A DNA stretch of 64,000 nucleotides from Naegleria gruberi (lineage: Eukaryota). The translations under genes and the position numbers were made by a program. The notes below the pieces were generated by a model. It made no database searches. It saw nothing but the letters and a program-made list of their open reading frames with translations, and was not told where the DNA came from. Location: assembly GCA_000004985.1 (NCBI GenBank), contig GG738845.1; one strand, written 5' to 3'. Positions 21,401 through 32,682 of this stretch are shown here, in pieces (the first letter of the stretch is position 1; each line of letters starts with the position of its first letter).

Positions 21401-24400
21401 TTACTTTCTAATATCTTTAGAACTAATATTTTGCAACTCCTTAATTATTTGAGAGAATTCAGGTCTATCTTTTGGATCCTTATCCCAACACTTCTTCATC
21501 AACTTGATATAATCAAAAATAATAGCTCTCATGGTTTTGTAATTATATTGCTTTGAATGGAAAGGATATTCATTGTAATATTCATCAAATTCACGTTCAT
21601 TATTGAAAGGAATCATGGGACGAACTCCACTCAATACCTTTTGAGGAATATTGAAAGGTGTAAGATCACCACTTGCTGAACTATTACTTGAATAACTGCC
21701 ATATTGTGAACCTTTACTTGAGAGAGGTTTTGACGTTTTGGCGCCAGTATATGGAATATCCTCAAATAAAGTTTCCCACATTATAATTCCGAATGAATAA
21801 ATATCCAACCTATTATCAATTACAGCACATGAAGTTTCACCAAACATTTCTGGAGCTAGATAATATAGAGTACCTAATAAAAATTAATAGTAGTATCATA
21901 TTCATTTTAACAATTGGTTGTTGAATGAATACTTACCAATATTTGTTGTAAGATTTTTAGATTTTTGTTGGAATATTCTACTCAATCCAAAATCTGAAAT
22001 CTTACTATTGTAATTCCTATCGAGTAATATATTTCCAGGTTTCAAATCTCTATTTATGGTGTTTGAAAAAAGGTTTGTTAGCTTCTATTGACTTACCTAT
22101 GAATGATACATGGATTTAGAGAGTGCAAATAATTGACTCCTCTCGAAACTCCAAGTAGAATATGAATTTTCTCTTCCAATGTAAGTGTTATCCTTCCACT
22201 CTTACTCTTATATAACACATTCTCCAAACTACCATGTTCCATATACTCAATTACCATGTATTTGGTATTATTTGATACAGAAACACCATAAAAATTAACT
22301 ATGTTTGGATGTCTCAAACTCTTCATCAAACTCACTTCAGTTTCAAATTCCTCATTCATCTTTTCTGCCTCATCCCCATCATTTGAAGAAGTGACAAGTG
22401 TTTTGATTGCAACCATTGTATTAGGTTTCAATAAGCATTTGTAAACAACTCCAGAAGCTCCTTGACCTATCTTGGAAATAATGCTTAAATTTTCAATTGG
22501 AATAAACATGCTGGATTTTGATTTGTAAGTTGGTGATTCCAATCGTAAATAATCACCATTATGATCTCGAGTAGTTGAGTAGTACATTGCCTTGCTTTCG
22601 TGTGATGATAATTCTTGTTCTTCATCCTCATTGATTAGTGGAATTGTTTTAGAATCTGATTTATAGACAGCTTTCTTATTCGAACTAAATATATTATTAA
22701 TACTGAATGTAGTATCATAGTAATCAGAGTAATCTTTTTGTGAAAAATCAAATGTCTTTTCTATAATATTTCTTTCCAATTCATTTTCTGCTTGTTCAAT
22801 CTTTTGTAGCTTTTTCAACCTTTTCACAACTCTATTATTAATCAAGACAATACTGTAGATGAAAAGGAATCCCAACAAGAAGCCAGTCAATAACATGAAA
22901 ATTCCCCCAATAATAGAGCATGGCAAGATGATATCATATCTAACCCTGTCCTTACAAATATACCATCCATTACCATCATATCTCATCTCCATTAAACTTG
23001 GACAATCTAGCAAAGTAATGCTCACATTGAACACGACACTATCAGCATCCAAATAATAATGGTATTCTGTTGAATTTGTCAATAAGTTTGTTTCCATTAT
23101 TGAACTAGTCTTGATAAAAACACTAAAATAGGGAATTACATTAGAATGACTAAACTGATCAATACCCTTGTTTTTAAAATCAATATTAGGATAATTGAAG
23201 TCTGTATCATTAGTTGTCACACTGGTAGTTTTGATGAATGGGATATTTGCACCAAAAATGTCATAAAATATTGATGTCATATTGATAACTTGTCCAGGAT
23301 ATAATGCCAATCTAATAGTATCTAGTCTTGTGATATTCTTAAATGTTATGGTATTAATGCACCCACTGTGGATGTAACGATCATTGCTATTTCTATCAAT
23401 ATTTGTAACAGTACAATAGCTGAAATCAGCTGTATTAATACTAGATGAGGCTTGATTACCATAGATAAGTGCCTTATTATCGCTGCTATTTGTGACAGTG
23501 ATCTTGCTTCTTTTAGTCTTTTCAAGTTCTACTAATCTTCCCAAATGCAAATGGTAGCAGCCACCAGTAAATTCGGCATTATTTCCAAAACACTGAATAT
23601 CCAAGTTGTAAGAATTGATGGTGAAATGAGCTAAATACAATGCACCACCCCTAAGTCCTATATATTCACACTATAGTCAGTAAATGAAATATAGTCATAC
23701 TACATACCAGAATTATTTGTAAATGTGATATTGTTTCCAATTAAAGTATTGATTGAATTAATGAAAGCAGCTCCTCCAGAACCAAATGATTGAAAAATAT
23801 TCTTTGGTCTAAAGATGGCCTTGTTATTTGAAAATTGAAGATTGTACATGTTAAGTTGATGAATAGATGAGCAATAAAGAGCACCTAAACAATTGTTCAA
23901 TTAATTGCAATCATAGTACAATTCACTTACCTCCAGCATACGATCTGCTATTTTTAAAAATGGAATTCTCTATCAATACATTAGTACATGTTCGAATACT
24001 CACAGATCCTCTAACAGCCTCCAATGAATCAAAAGTTGTTTTGGAAATTTGAATATTTGACGAACCGAAATCAGTAGCAACTGAGCAATGAATATCAATG
24101 GATTTGACATCATAAAATTTAGAGTTGGAAATTAAAAGTTGGTGAACATAATTTTCAACAACTAGGAAATAACTACTATGAATTGACTTGAAATTAGAGT
24201 CTGTAATCTTGGCTGTCCCTACAGAGTCCCATGATATATAGGTTCCAGTATTCAGATTAATATCATTAATACCTTCCAAACCATTCAGCTCCAAATTGTA
24301 AACAGAGTTTGCCTTTATAAATCGGCTAGAATTATAAACGTTTACACTCTTGAATGAAACAAAACTTGTATATGAAAATTGTAATGGATTTTCCAAGTTA

Positions 24401-25287
24401 TAAAATCTATTGTTAATAAATTTCACTTTATCCAACTCTCTGAACATGAATTCAGATTTGTTAATAATACTATTTGAAAGTGTAAAACTATTTGTATCTA
24501 TCGTTCTATACTTGGTAAAACTTATTTTTGAGCCATGTACCTCCAGATTCGCCATTTGAGTATTTGCAATGGAGGCAGTTAAAGAGCAATCAATAATCTT
24601 ACCACTCGAAAATGATATAGACACACTATCATAAACTTCCAGTTTAGAGTTTAGGAAAGTGAAACCTGACATTGAAAACATTTTGGGCTCATTTGGATTA
24701 CCTTGTTGGACTTTAAGTTGCATATTTTCAAACTTGGTATTGCTTGCTATTATTCCAATTGAAGATATTACGTTATCTTTAAATGCATTTCCAATAAAAT
24801 GAATATTTTCCAAAAACAACAGAATTATCTTGCCATTTCCAAAATTAATAGAATTTGAACAATTAAATCGCACCAAATCACCATATCCTGTAAAATAAAA
24901 AACAGAAGTTTTGTAATTTAGTTTTGAAAAATCAATCGAACATTGTTCCTCCGTGATTGCATCACCATTCAACAAAAATCCAATATTTGATTGATTGCTT
25001 TGTAAATATTCCACTGTTGGATAACTTTGTTTAATACTAAAACAAGCTGTTTCCCATGTCAATCCACAATATCCACCACCACTACCATTATTAGTACTCG
25101 GAATGGTTGTTGTTGTTTGATTTATATATATTGTAATACTGGGTGACAATTGTCCTAAAATATTCGTAAAATTCTGCAAATAATATATTATTATAAAAAG
25201 TATACTGAATGAATAAAAGATCATTGGTTGGATAGGATTTAATTTCCTCCGATGATGCTGGTGTGTGAGTGAAAGCTTCATGTGCAT
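21401..25287 (-). CDS. receptor-like serine/threonine (TKL-type) protein kinase with large N-glycosylated ectodomain; complement(join(21401..21873,21937..22049,22097..23657,23708..23884,23931..25287))
   Basis: Exon 1 has a signal-anchor segment (IFYSFSILFIIIYYL) and a roughly 430-aa repetitive Asn/Ser-rich ectodomain, possibly beta-helix-like. Exons 2-3 continue the ectodomain, then a TM segment (IIGGIFMLLTGFLLGFLFIYSIVLI). The kinase subdomains GQGASGVVYK, AIK, HRDLKPGNILLD, DFGLS and APE span exons 3-5. The four introns (46-63 nt) have GTAAGT/GTATGT donors, and each junction restores frame. Two read ...IIHR|DLKPG and ...TNIG|TLYYLAPE. Confidence 0.72.
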
Positions 25288-25895
25288 TTTTTTTTAAAGA
25301 TATTTTGTAATCAAAATAAATTCCAAGTTTTCCTGTCCTTTTTGATTCTAGTTGAAATATGATGGGTGTTCAAAAAAGATACGAATTTGAATGGTAGTTA
25401 AACGCTGAAACCTAATTGAAACCCAACTTGTATTTAATTGCTTAGAATCTCAGAGAATCATATCAGATTAACTTGATGTAATATTTAACAAGTGGAAATT
25501 GTTATGAATCTCCATGACTTAAATTTTGTACACTATTTAGTTTTTTAAAGGAACGGATCAAGAACAACTTGTTCAAACACCTATCACTCTCTCATTCTAA
25601 GACTTCACGCTCTTTCATCATGTGAACAAAAATTGCCTTAATGTGTGAAAAATTCTCCATTCCACTAACAATCACCTCAATAATCCCAATAAAAGCAGTT
25701 TTTCAATATCCGTTTCACATACGTATACTAACAGCTACACACATAGAGGTGGTGACCGAGTTGGATCGGAGTGAGAATGTGTTAACAGTTTTCTTGTCCG
25801 ACATACTTGGCAATTTAATTGAACAAAAAAAATTCAACACACCCAAAGTTGATTCCAATTTGCTTTTTAATTCCGAACAATAAGATTGCTTCAGG

Positions 25896-26759
25896 ATGGC
25901 TCTAAATAATAACCATACCAGTGGTGTGCCTGAATGGGTTGGCAATGTCGACTTGAATAATATGGGATTAGATCAACAGTTCTATTACTTGATTAGATCT
26001 AATTTCTCTGAACTTGAAATTACCACAACAGTTTCAATCTTTTATATTTTCTTTTTATATACAATTCTAAGTTTACCATGGTATTTTATTAAAGTGTTTA
26101 AACCATCCTTCCTATACAAGTATAAACTTCAACAAAAAGAAGAAGAAAAACAAACAGATTGGGGTTGCATTTTACAATTGGTTATTAACCATTTACTCAT
26201 TCTTCCAATGTTATATATGGGTTATCCAGTTCTCAAGTGGGTCGGAGTTAGTTATGATTTGGCTCTTCCATCTTGGTGGGATATGTTGGCACGTTCAATG
26301 ATTTTCCTTGTAGTTGAAGATGCTTGGTTTTATTGGGTCCATCGTTTTATGCACACTGATTTTGGTTACAATTATATTCACAAAATACATCACGAATATC
26401 AAACACCAATAGGATATTGTTCATCTTATGCCAGTTGTGTTGAATTTATAATTTTAGGTATTGGATCATTCATTGGACCATTCCTCTTTGGCTGTCCACA
26501 TATTATGTCATGGTGGGTTTGGATGACTGTTCGTCAAATTGAAGCTATTGATTGTCACACTGGTTTCCATTTCCCTTGGAGTTTGTGTAATTTCCTTCCT
26601 TTCTATTGTGGACCTATTCACCACGACCATCATCACAAAACTTATAATGGAAACTATGCTAGTACTTTCACATGGTGGGATTGGATGTGCGGAACTGATA
26701 AGGGCTATCGTCTCTGGTTGGAAAAGCAAAAGAAGAAACAAGAAAAGAAGGTTGAATAA
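25896..26759 (+). CDS. C-4 methylsterol oxidase-like (ERG25/SC4MOL family, fatty acid hydroxylase superfamily)
   Basis: Three histidine boxes occur in the correct spacing: HRFMH, HKIHHEY and HDHHH. Several TM helices are present. The ORF is 287 aa. Confidence 0.75.
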   Translation: MALNNNHTSGVPEWVGNVDLNNMGLDQQFYYLIRSNFSELEITTTVSIFYIFFLYTILSLPWYFIKVFKPSFLYKYKLQQKEEEKQTDWGCILQLVINHLLILPMLYMGYPVLKWVGVSYDLALPSWWDMLARSMIFLVVEDAWFYWVHRFMHTDFGYNYIHKIHHEYQTPIGYCSSYASCVEFIILGIGSFIGPFLFGCPHIMSWWVWMTVRQIEAIDCHTGFHFPWSLCNFLPFYCGPIHHDHHHKTYNGNYASTFTWWDWMCGTDKGYRLWLEKQKKKQEKKVE

Positions 26760-26947
26760 TTAAAATTGTAAAAAAATTCACATCATTTTTCATATATTTA
26801 ATTTTGATATCATCATCTCAATAGAGTGTGTTGAAATAAGCAATTCTGATATACTTTGCAAAAATTAATGTATTATTATTATTCATCATCATCATCATGA
26901 TGAAATAATGTATTATTATATTATTAATAAAATAATTATTGAAAAAT

Positions 26948-27706
26948 TTAAAATTCAAGATGTTCGAATGAGGTGACTGCTTCAAAAGTATGATCTTCTG
27001 GTAATTTCATAGTACCTGGTCTAACAGAGAGTACTGAATCAATACCAGCTTCTCTTGCAGCAATTGCTTCTCCGATATTATCAGTCAAGAAGAGGATATC
27101 ACTATTTGGGATTCCAGTTCTTTCCAAAATTTTAACATAACTTGATTTTTCCAATTTGTTTCCAATATTTGATGTATCGAAATGATCAACAAAGTATGGT
27201 AATAAATTTCCATGAGTTGAATATTGGAATAATAATTTTTGAGCTTGTACACTTCCACTTGAATAAATGTAAATATTCTTTCCTTGCTTTTTGATTCTTT
27301 CAAAAAAGTCAAAAGCATCATCATAAACTTCTCCCAAAATATTACCACTTTCATAGCCACTTCTCCACATGTGACCTTGTAATTGTTTCAAAGCAGTCAT
27401 TTTTCTATCCTTGTCCATATTATAAACAACATTATCAATAACAGATTGTTGTGAATCAATGTTAATTTGTGGAGCATCCTTAAAATCCGATTGGCTATTA
27501 GCATCTTGTTCTGCTTGTTCCTTGAGTGAGAGGACATCCTTTTTGGTTTCTTCGCTTTCCCATGTTTCTTCAATATGAGTTTTCAATGACTTTCTAATGT
27601 ATGGAAATAAATTTTCAGCAACAAAAACAATTGGAGTTGTTGTTCCTTCAATATCAAACATGAAGGTCTTGTATTTGGAGACGGAAATTCTTTTAACAGC
27701 AGACAT
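26948..27706 (-). CDS. ENOPH1: enolase-phosphatase E1 (HAD superfamily, methionine salvage)
   Basis: The N-terminal HAD motif I is FMFDIEGTTTPIVFV, matching the E1 signature DIEGTTTPI. A C-terminal HAD motif FLTDNIGEAIAAREAGI follows. The ORF is 252 aa from an AAAAAAAATG start. Confidence 0.8.
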   Translation of the reverse strand: MSAVKRISVSKYKTFMFDIEGTTTPIVFVAENLFPYIRKSLKTHIEETWESEETKKDVLSLKEQAEQDANSQSDFKDAPQINIDSQQSVIDNVVYNMDKDRKMTALKQLQGHMWRSGYESGNILGEVYDDAFDFFERIKKQGKNIYIYSSGSVQAQKLLFQYSTHGNLLPYFVDHFDTSNIGNKLEKSSYVKILERTGIPNSDILFLTDNIGEAIAAREAGIDSVLSVRPGTMKLPEDHTFEAVTSFEHLEF

Positions 27707-28500
27707 TTTTTTTTGTTTTTTTTAAAAAATTCAAAAATCAAATTGACTTGTTTACTGTTAATTGAATTGCGTGAAAGTTATTTGGAAGAATATGGTTTCA
27801 TACAGTAATTACTTGGAAAAAGCTGTTGTTGAACAAGAAGGAATCATCGTTGATGATTAAGCATTTTGGATAATGAAACAGTTCAGTAAAATGCAAAATC
27901 ATTTCACTTTTAAAAGAATATTCAATGTAAATTGAAAGTTTCCATCATTCCACTGTCCAAGTCCACATCCTATCCATTGAATATTCTCCGTACATAATAT
28001 GATACAATTTTCTTCCTTATTAATTTTTGCAAATGGATAAAGGTGGTTCTAAGCAGCAAACCAAACCATAACACTCTTACTTCGCTCACACTTTCTCGTT
28101 CTCCGAATAACCACTTCTTACCTCAAGTAGCAAAAGGGATGGAGAATGCAAACTCTACACATCAGGTAATACGCACTTCCACGTTATTTTTCAATGACCG
28201 CAAAGCACGGATAATGATATTCAATGCCACTCCACCTATGAATGAGCTTATCTGTGTATGAGTATCGGACAGAGAGTTCTCTGCTGCAGCATAGTGGTCT
28301 TGTCGGGATTGAAATTAAAATCACAAATTCATCATGGCCAGTATATTATTCACTCAACACAACTTTAAAAAAAACTAGCCGATATTCAAAATCACTCTCA
28401 GTGTGTGATTACCTCTCTACTCTCTTTCTCTATATTTATTCACACAATCAATTATTAATAATTTGATAGTGTCACTCTCGAGTTTTATTCTAATATATAT

Positions 28501-28541
28501 ACATACACAATCACACATACACACATACACATACACATACC
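28501..28541. repeat. imperfect (ACACAT)n / CA-rich microsatellite in the ERG3-like promoter region
   Basis: The sequence acatacacaatcacacatacacacatacacatacacataccc lies directly upstream of ATG 28554. Confidence 0.8.
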
Positions 28542-28553
28542 CCTATATACAAT

Positions 28554-29477
28554 ATGGACTTGTTAAGAGTTTTGGAAATTATTCCATTGCCATCGGCAGC
28601 CACCTGTGAAAGTATACCTTCACTTGTTCAATATATCCATGATGCTGTTTTGGCCACTAATCAAATGGATTTAATATCACAATTTGTTGTCTTGTGGTTT
28701 GCTGTGACCATTGCTGCCACAGTTGGATACTTTGCTGCCACTTCAATTTCCTATATGATTTTCTTTGGTATCTTTAGAGATTATTTCCATCCACCTCATG
28801 AACCACAACCATTCAAGGGACAAGAATGGTTAGAAGCCAAAATGAGTATGATTGCTATTCCATGGTTATCCTTCTTGACCATTCCATTCTTTATTGGTGA
28901 ATTGAAAGGTCATTCTAAACTCTATTGGCAAGCTGAAAATGATCCATTGTGGTACTATGTTGTTGTAGTGAGTGCCTTTATCTTGTTTACTGATATGTGT
29001 ATTTATTGGATCCATCGTTGGGAACATACCTTCCCATTGCTTTACAAGTATATCCACAAACCACATCACAAATGGTTGGTTGTTACTCCATTTGCTGCAT
29101 TTGCTTTCCATCCTTTGGATGGTTGGGCTCAAGCTTTACCATATCACATCTTTGTCTATTTGATTCCTATGAATACCAAATTATACATTTCACTCTTTGT
29201 TGTTGTTCAATTGTGGTCAATTAACATTCATGATGGTGTTGATGCTGTCGGAAGTAGACTTGGATCCTCTGCTAGTCAATATGTCAATGGTTCTCTTCAT
29301 CACTTTATTCATCACACTAGATTTGATTATAACTATGGTCAATACTTTACCATTTGGGATAGAATTATGGGATCTCACTATGATCCAAAACCAGATTTTG
29401 ATACTGGTGATTTTAATTTACCAAAACAAAATTACAATGAAGGAATGCATCCTGCCGATAAGAAGAAATCTAAATAA
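28554..29477 (+). CDS. C-5 sterol desaturase (ERG3/SC5D family)
   Basis: The segment WIHRWEHTFPLLYKYIHKPHHKW...FAFHPLDGW...NIHDG...HHFIHHTRFDYNYGQYFTIWDRIMGS matches the ERG3 histidine-box and FHP.DG / YNYGQ..T.WDR motifs. The ORF is 307 aa. Confidence 0.75.
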   Translation: MDLLRVLEIIPLPSAATCESIPSLVQYIHDAVLATNQMDLISQFVVLWFAVTIAATVGYFAATSISYMIFFGIFRDYFHPPHEPQPFKGQEWLEAKMSMIAIPWLSFLTIPFFIGELKGHSKLYWQAENDPLWYYVVVVSAFILFTDMCIYWIHRWEHTFPLLYKYIHKPHHKWLVVTPFAAFAFHPLDGWAQALPYHIFVYLIPMNTKLYISLFVVVQLWSINIHDGVDAVGSRLGSSASQYVNGSLHHFIHHTRFDYNYGQYFTIWDRIMGSHYDPKPDFDTGDFNLPKQNYNEGMHPADKKKSK

Positions 29478-29660
29478 AACACATTATATTTTTGAACTAT
29501 TTCTCTAATTTTTAAATGAATGATTCAAATGGGTCATATACTTAATATTTCTTTACAAGGAGAATAAAGGCATACTATTCCACTAATTTAAGCACCAGTT
29601 GGGACGCTTCACGCAAACAGAAGTCATAATGAAAAAATGAGAGAAAACAAGCAAATTGAA

Positions 29661-29700
29661 ATAATTCACACAAAACACAAAAAATTAAACACGTGTTTTT
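29661..29700. repeat. left copy of a ~40-nt motif containing the perfect palindrome AAACACGTGTTT (E-box core CACGTG)
   Basis: The left copy is ataattcacacaaaacacaaaaaattaaacacgtgttttt. It is about 80 percent similar to the copy at 30292..30332. Confidence 0.6.
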
Positions 29701-30017
29701 TCATGATAATTGAATAATTCGAGATTTTTCAGTTTTATTTGAAATATCTTCAATGTTAAGTTTTAAATGAAAACTATTAAAATTGGAGAAATCAAAAAAA
29801 ACAAGAAAACGCTCTCAAATATGATAACCACCAAGATTTCAAATAATCCACCAATAATGATTACTCTTTCGTCTCTGTGATAACATGAGTAAATAAACTG
29901 GTTATTAGGAAGAATACAACCATGAACTAAGAGGAAAAAGAAAGATACTCAACATTATCTGTATATAATGGCAAATAAGGAAGGACATCTAAACATCTGG
30001 ATATTGTAAAGATCTAA

Positions 30018-30186
30018 TTGTTGATTCTTTGTTTTTTCCAGTTGATATTGATTAACAAAGGTCTTCCATTTATTGGAGATGAGGGTTTGCTTCGAAAGTA
30101 TTTTAATAAGAAACTTGCCTTGATTAGAATTGTTGTAGAGAATGTAAACAGCCATATTAAGAAATGGAAGCCCATCTGGATCTAGT
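30018..30186 (+). mobile_element. remnant of a Harbinger/PIF-type (DDE_Tnp_4) transposase C-terminus (pseudogene fragment)
   Basis: A 55-codon open stretch encodes ..GLPFIGDEGLLRKYFNKKLALIRIVVENVNSHIKKWKPIWI*. It matches the remembered transposase tail (LLGDSGYPL...FN..LS.ARRVVENAFGRLKGRWR). No upstream DDE-containing exon is recoverable within the 900-bp intergenic gap. Confidence 0.4.
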
Positions 30187-30291
30187 TCATCGGATAGAAT
30201 TTGTAAAATTCGTGAAATGAGCCAGATATTCAATAAATTTATGTTTTATTGTGTTTTGTGGATTTGTTTCAGAATAATCACAATTCTAGAA

Positions 30292-30332
30292 AATTCACAA
30301 CAAACAGAAAATTTACACAAAACACGTGTTTT
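30292..30332. repeat. right copy of the ~40-nt motif containing the palindrome AAAACACGTGTTTT
   Basis: The right copy is aattcacaacaaacagaaaatttacacaaaacacgtgtttt. It lies about 100 nt upstream of ATG 30428. Confidence 0.6.
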
Positions 30333-30427
30333 ATTAAAAAATTGAAAAAATCAGTGCAAACAGATAACTCACCAAAAAGGTGAATCACCCCAAGTAGTAA
30401 AATCAATTGACTTGGTAAATTGAAAAA

Positions 30428-31705
30428 ATGCCAAAACATAGAAAGCATAAAACTCTTCCCAATCAGCAAGAATTAATTAATTTACAAGATTCGAATGTTG
30501 TTGAATTAAACCTTGAAAGCTCCAATCAAATATTCCCAGATGATATTTGTTGTGAAATATTTTCCTATTTATCGAATAATACATTCCATCTCCTTCTTTC
30601 TTGTTCACTTGTTTGTAGACAATGGTTTCGAATAATTAAAGAATATTCACATCTTTATTTAATATTTAAAAAACAATTTCCCCGAATGCTCCTGATGAAT
30701 AGTTTGTATTTGAATAGAGTTACTAGTTTGGAAATTGGAGAGAATGTAATGATTGAAAGTGATTTATTAAAAACAATGGTCAACTGGCAAGTTTGCAAAA
30801 AGATGAATAATTTGAAGAGATTTCACATTTATAAAAATGATATTGGTGAAGAAGGAGTGAAAGAAATATTAGAAATGTCTCAATTGACTGATGTTTCCAT
30901 TATTTCAAATGGAATCACACGTGACGAAATGAAATTAATGGGAAAATTGAAACATTTAACAAGAATTGACCTGAGTTGGAATCCTATTGGTGATGAAGGA
31001 TTGAAATCTCTTTCAGAAATGAAAGAATTATTAACAAGTTTACATGTTTCACATTGTAAAATTGGTGATTTGGGATGTGAAATAATTGGTCAAATGTATC
31101 AATTGACTGAATTGGATATTAGTAGCAATAGTGGTTGGAATTCCAAGGTTTCTTCAATAGGAGTAAAATCAATTAGTCAACTGAAAAAATTAACAAAATT
31201 GAACATTAGTAGAAATAATATTAATGGAGAAGGTATCAAGTCAATTAGTGAAATGAAACAATTGATTTCACTAAATGTTTTCAATTGTAGCATTTCAAAA
31301 GAGTTTACAAAATTTCTAGTGTCAGAAAAATTGACAGAACTTGATATTGGAAATAATATCTACTTGGATGATTCATTTTTAGAAATGAAACAATTGAGAA
31401 TACTTAAAATGGAAGGTCTTCTTGTTAAGATTCCAGAAAAGATTCGTCAATTGAAAGAATTAACAGAGCTAGATGTGTCATCATGTAGATCTAATGATAG
31501 AGATTTTGTGTATGATATAAAAGAATTAAGAAATTTGAAAAAGCTGTTCCTTAGACGGAATGCATCAATTCAAGATAAAGGAGTGATTTTGCTGAGCCAA
31601 CATTTGGAACACTTGACCGAGTTGGATATTCGTGATTGTGGAATTAGTTACGAAGTAGAAAAATCACTCAAACACAAGAAAAATTTGACTAAACTTGTGT
31701 TGTGA
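30428..31705 (+). CDS. F-box + RNI-type LRR protein, paralog of the 19847..21232 gene
   Basis: The F-box-like FPDDICCEIFSYLSNNTFHLLLSCSLVCRQWFRII is followed by repeated units of about 24 aa of the form IGDEGLKSLSEMKELxSLxVSxCxI. Confidence 0.7.
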   Translation: MPKHRKHKTLPNQQELINLQDSNVVELNLESSNQIFPDDICCEIFSYLSNNTFHLLLSCSLVCRQWFRIIKEYSHLYLIFKKQFPRMLLMNSLYLNRVTSLEIGENVMIESDLLKTMVNWQVCKKMNNLKRFHIYKNDIGEEGVKEILEMSQLTDVSIISNGITRDEMKLMGKLKHLTRIDLSWNPIGDEGLKSLSEMKELLTSLHVSHCKIGDLGCEIIGQMYQLTELDISSNSGWNSKVSSIGVKSISQLKKLTKLNISRNNINGEGIKSISEMKQLISLNVFNCSISKEFTKFLVSEKLTELDIGNNIYLDDSFLEMKQLRILKMEGLLVKIPEKIRQLKELTELDVSSCRSNDRDFVYDIKELRNLKKLFLRRNASIQDKGVILLSQHLEHLTELDIRDCGISYEVEKSLKHKKNLTKLVL

Positions 31706-31875
31706 GTAATAGGATTGAATTAAATAACTATTATATTGGTATTAATTTGAAATAATTCTGAGTAAATTGATATAGAAATCAAATGTTGATTATCAGGTTT
31801 ACAAATAAAATTGAAAATTCATGATACCTTTATTTCAACCTAATGAAGAATATGTTATCATCATCATTACAGGAT

Positions 31876-32682
31876 TTAGAGGTCAGGATTACCTAAAAAT
31901 TCTCTACGCTTTTGTTGAGCACACTTTGTGAACTCCTTCACCAGGTGTGAACAATTAAGAGTTCCGTATGGTGTATTGTTAGCCTTGAAACAATTAATCA
32001 AATCAGATCTTTGTGTTGGACATCCATAGGATTGAATAGTACGATGATGTGGAATTAATTTATCGAGTTTTGAAATTTCTTCTTCCAAATGTTCAACTCT
32101 GGCATCTTGTAAATGTTCCAAAAGTCTATTTTGTTGATTCTATATATTATCATCAAGAATTATTATGTTCCGCATAATGTTTGTTATTAGAGTATTCCGC
32201 ATAATATTATACATATAATTTACACATTTGATTGTAGATGATGATTATCATTAGCCAAGTTTTATCATCAATATTATTAATAGTAAATAATATAATAGCA
32301 AATAAAAACCAGATGATGATGAATATTAATAATAATAATTATTGCTTACCTTCAATTGTTCATATTTAAATTTAGCCAAATTAAAATCTTCAATAGAAAC
32401 AGTCTTCTTTTCAACAGCAGCAACAGGCTGTGACTCTACTGGTGCAGATTCTTCAACACTTCTATTAATTGGTGATGAGACTTGTGTGGTTATTGATGAA
32501 TTCATTGTTGGTTCAGGTTGTTGTGGAAGTTGTTGTTGTTCAGGTTGTTCTGGTTGTTGTTGTTGGTGGAGTACAGCTGGCTCTGGCTCAACACTACTTG
32601 ATTGTTGTGATGCTTGTGTGAGTCCGTTGTTTGGGAAGAAATTTTTGACAAAGTTGGTGGTGAGAGAAACACTGTGGTGCAT
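31876..32682 (-). CDS. twin Cx9C (CHCH) domain protein, MIC19/CHCHD3-like; complement(join(31876..32139,32350..32682))
   Basis: Exon 1 runs from ATG 32682 and encodes a Q/P/E-rich N-terminal half ending ..KYEQLK at a GTAAGC donor. The 210-nt AT-rich intron ends ATATAG. Exon 2 encodes a helical segment and two Cx9C motifs (CPTQRSDLINC and CSHLVKEFTKC). Confidence 0.6.

Noticed and set aside
28043-28466. Small intergenic ORFs (72-74 aa), and similarly 16731..16976, 25641..25945 and 48873..49142
   Set aside because: They are short, lack A-rich start contexts, have no recognisable motifs and lie in promoter or intergenic regions between well-supported genes. The 89-aa ORF at 48873..49142 is the only one I would not fully exclude.
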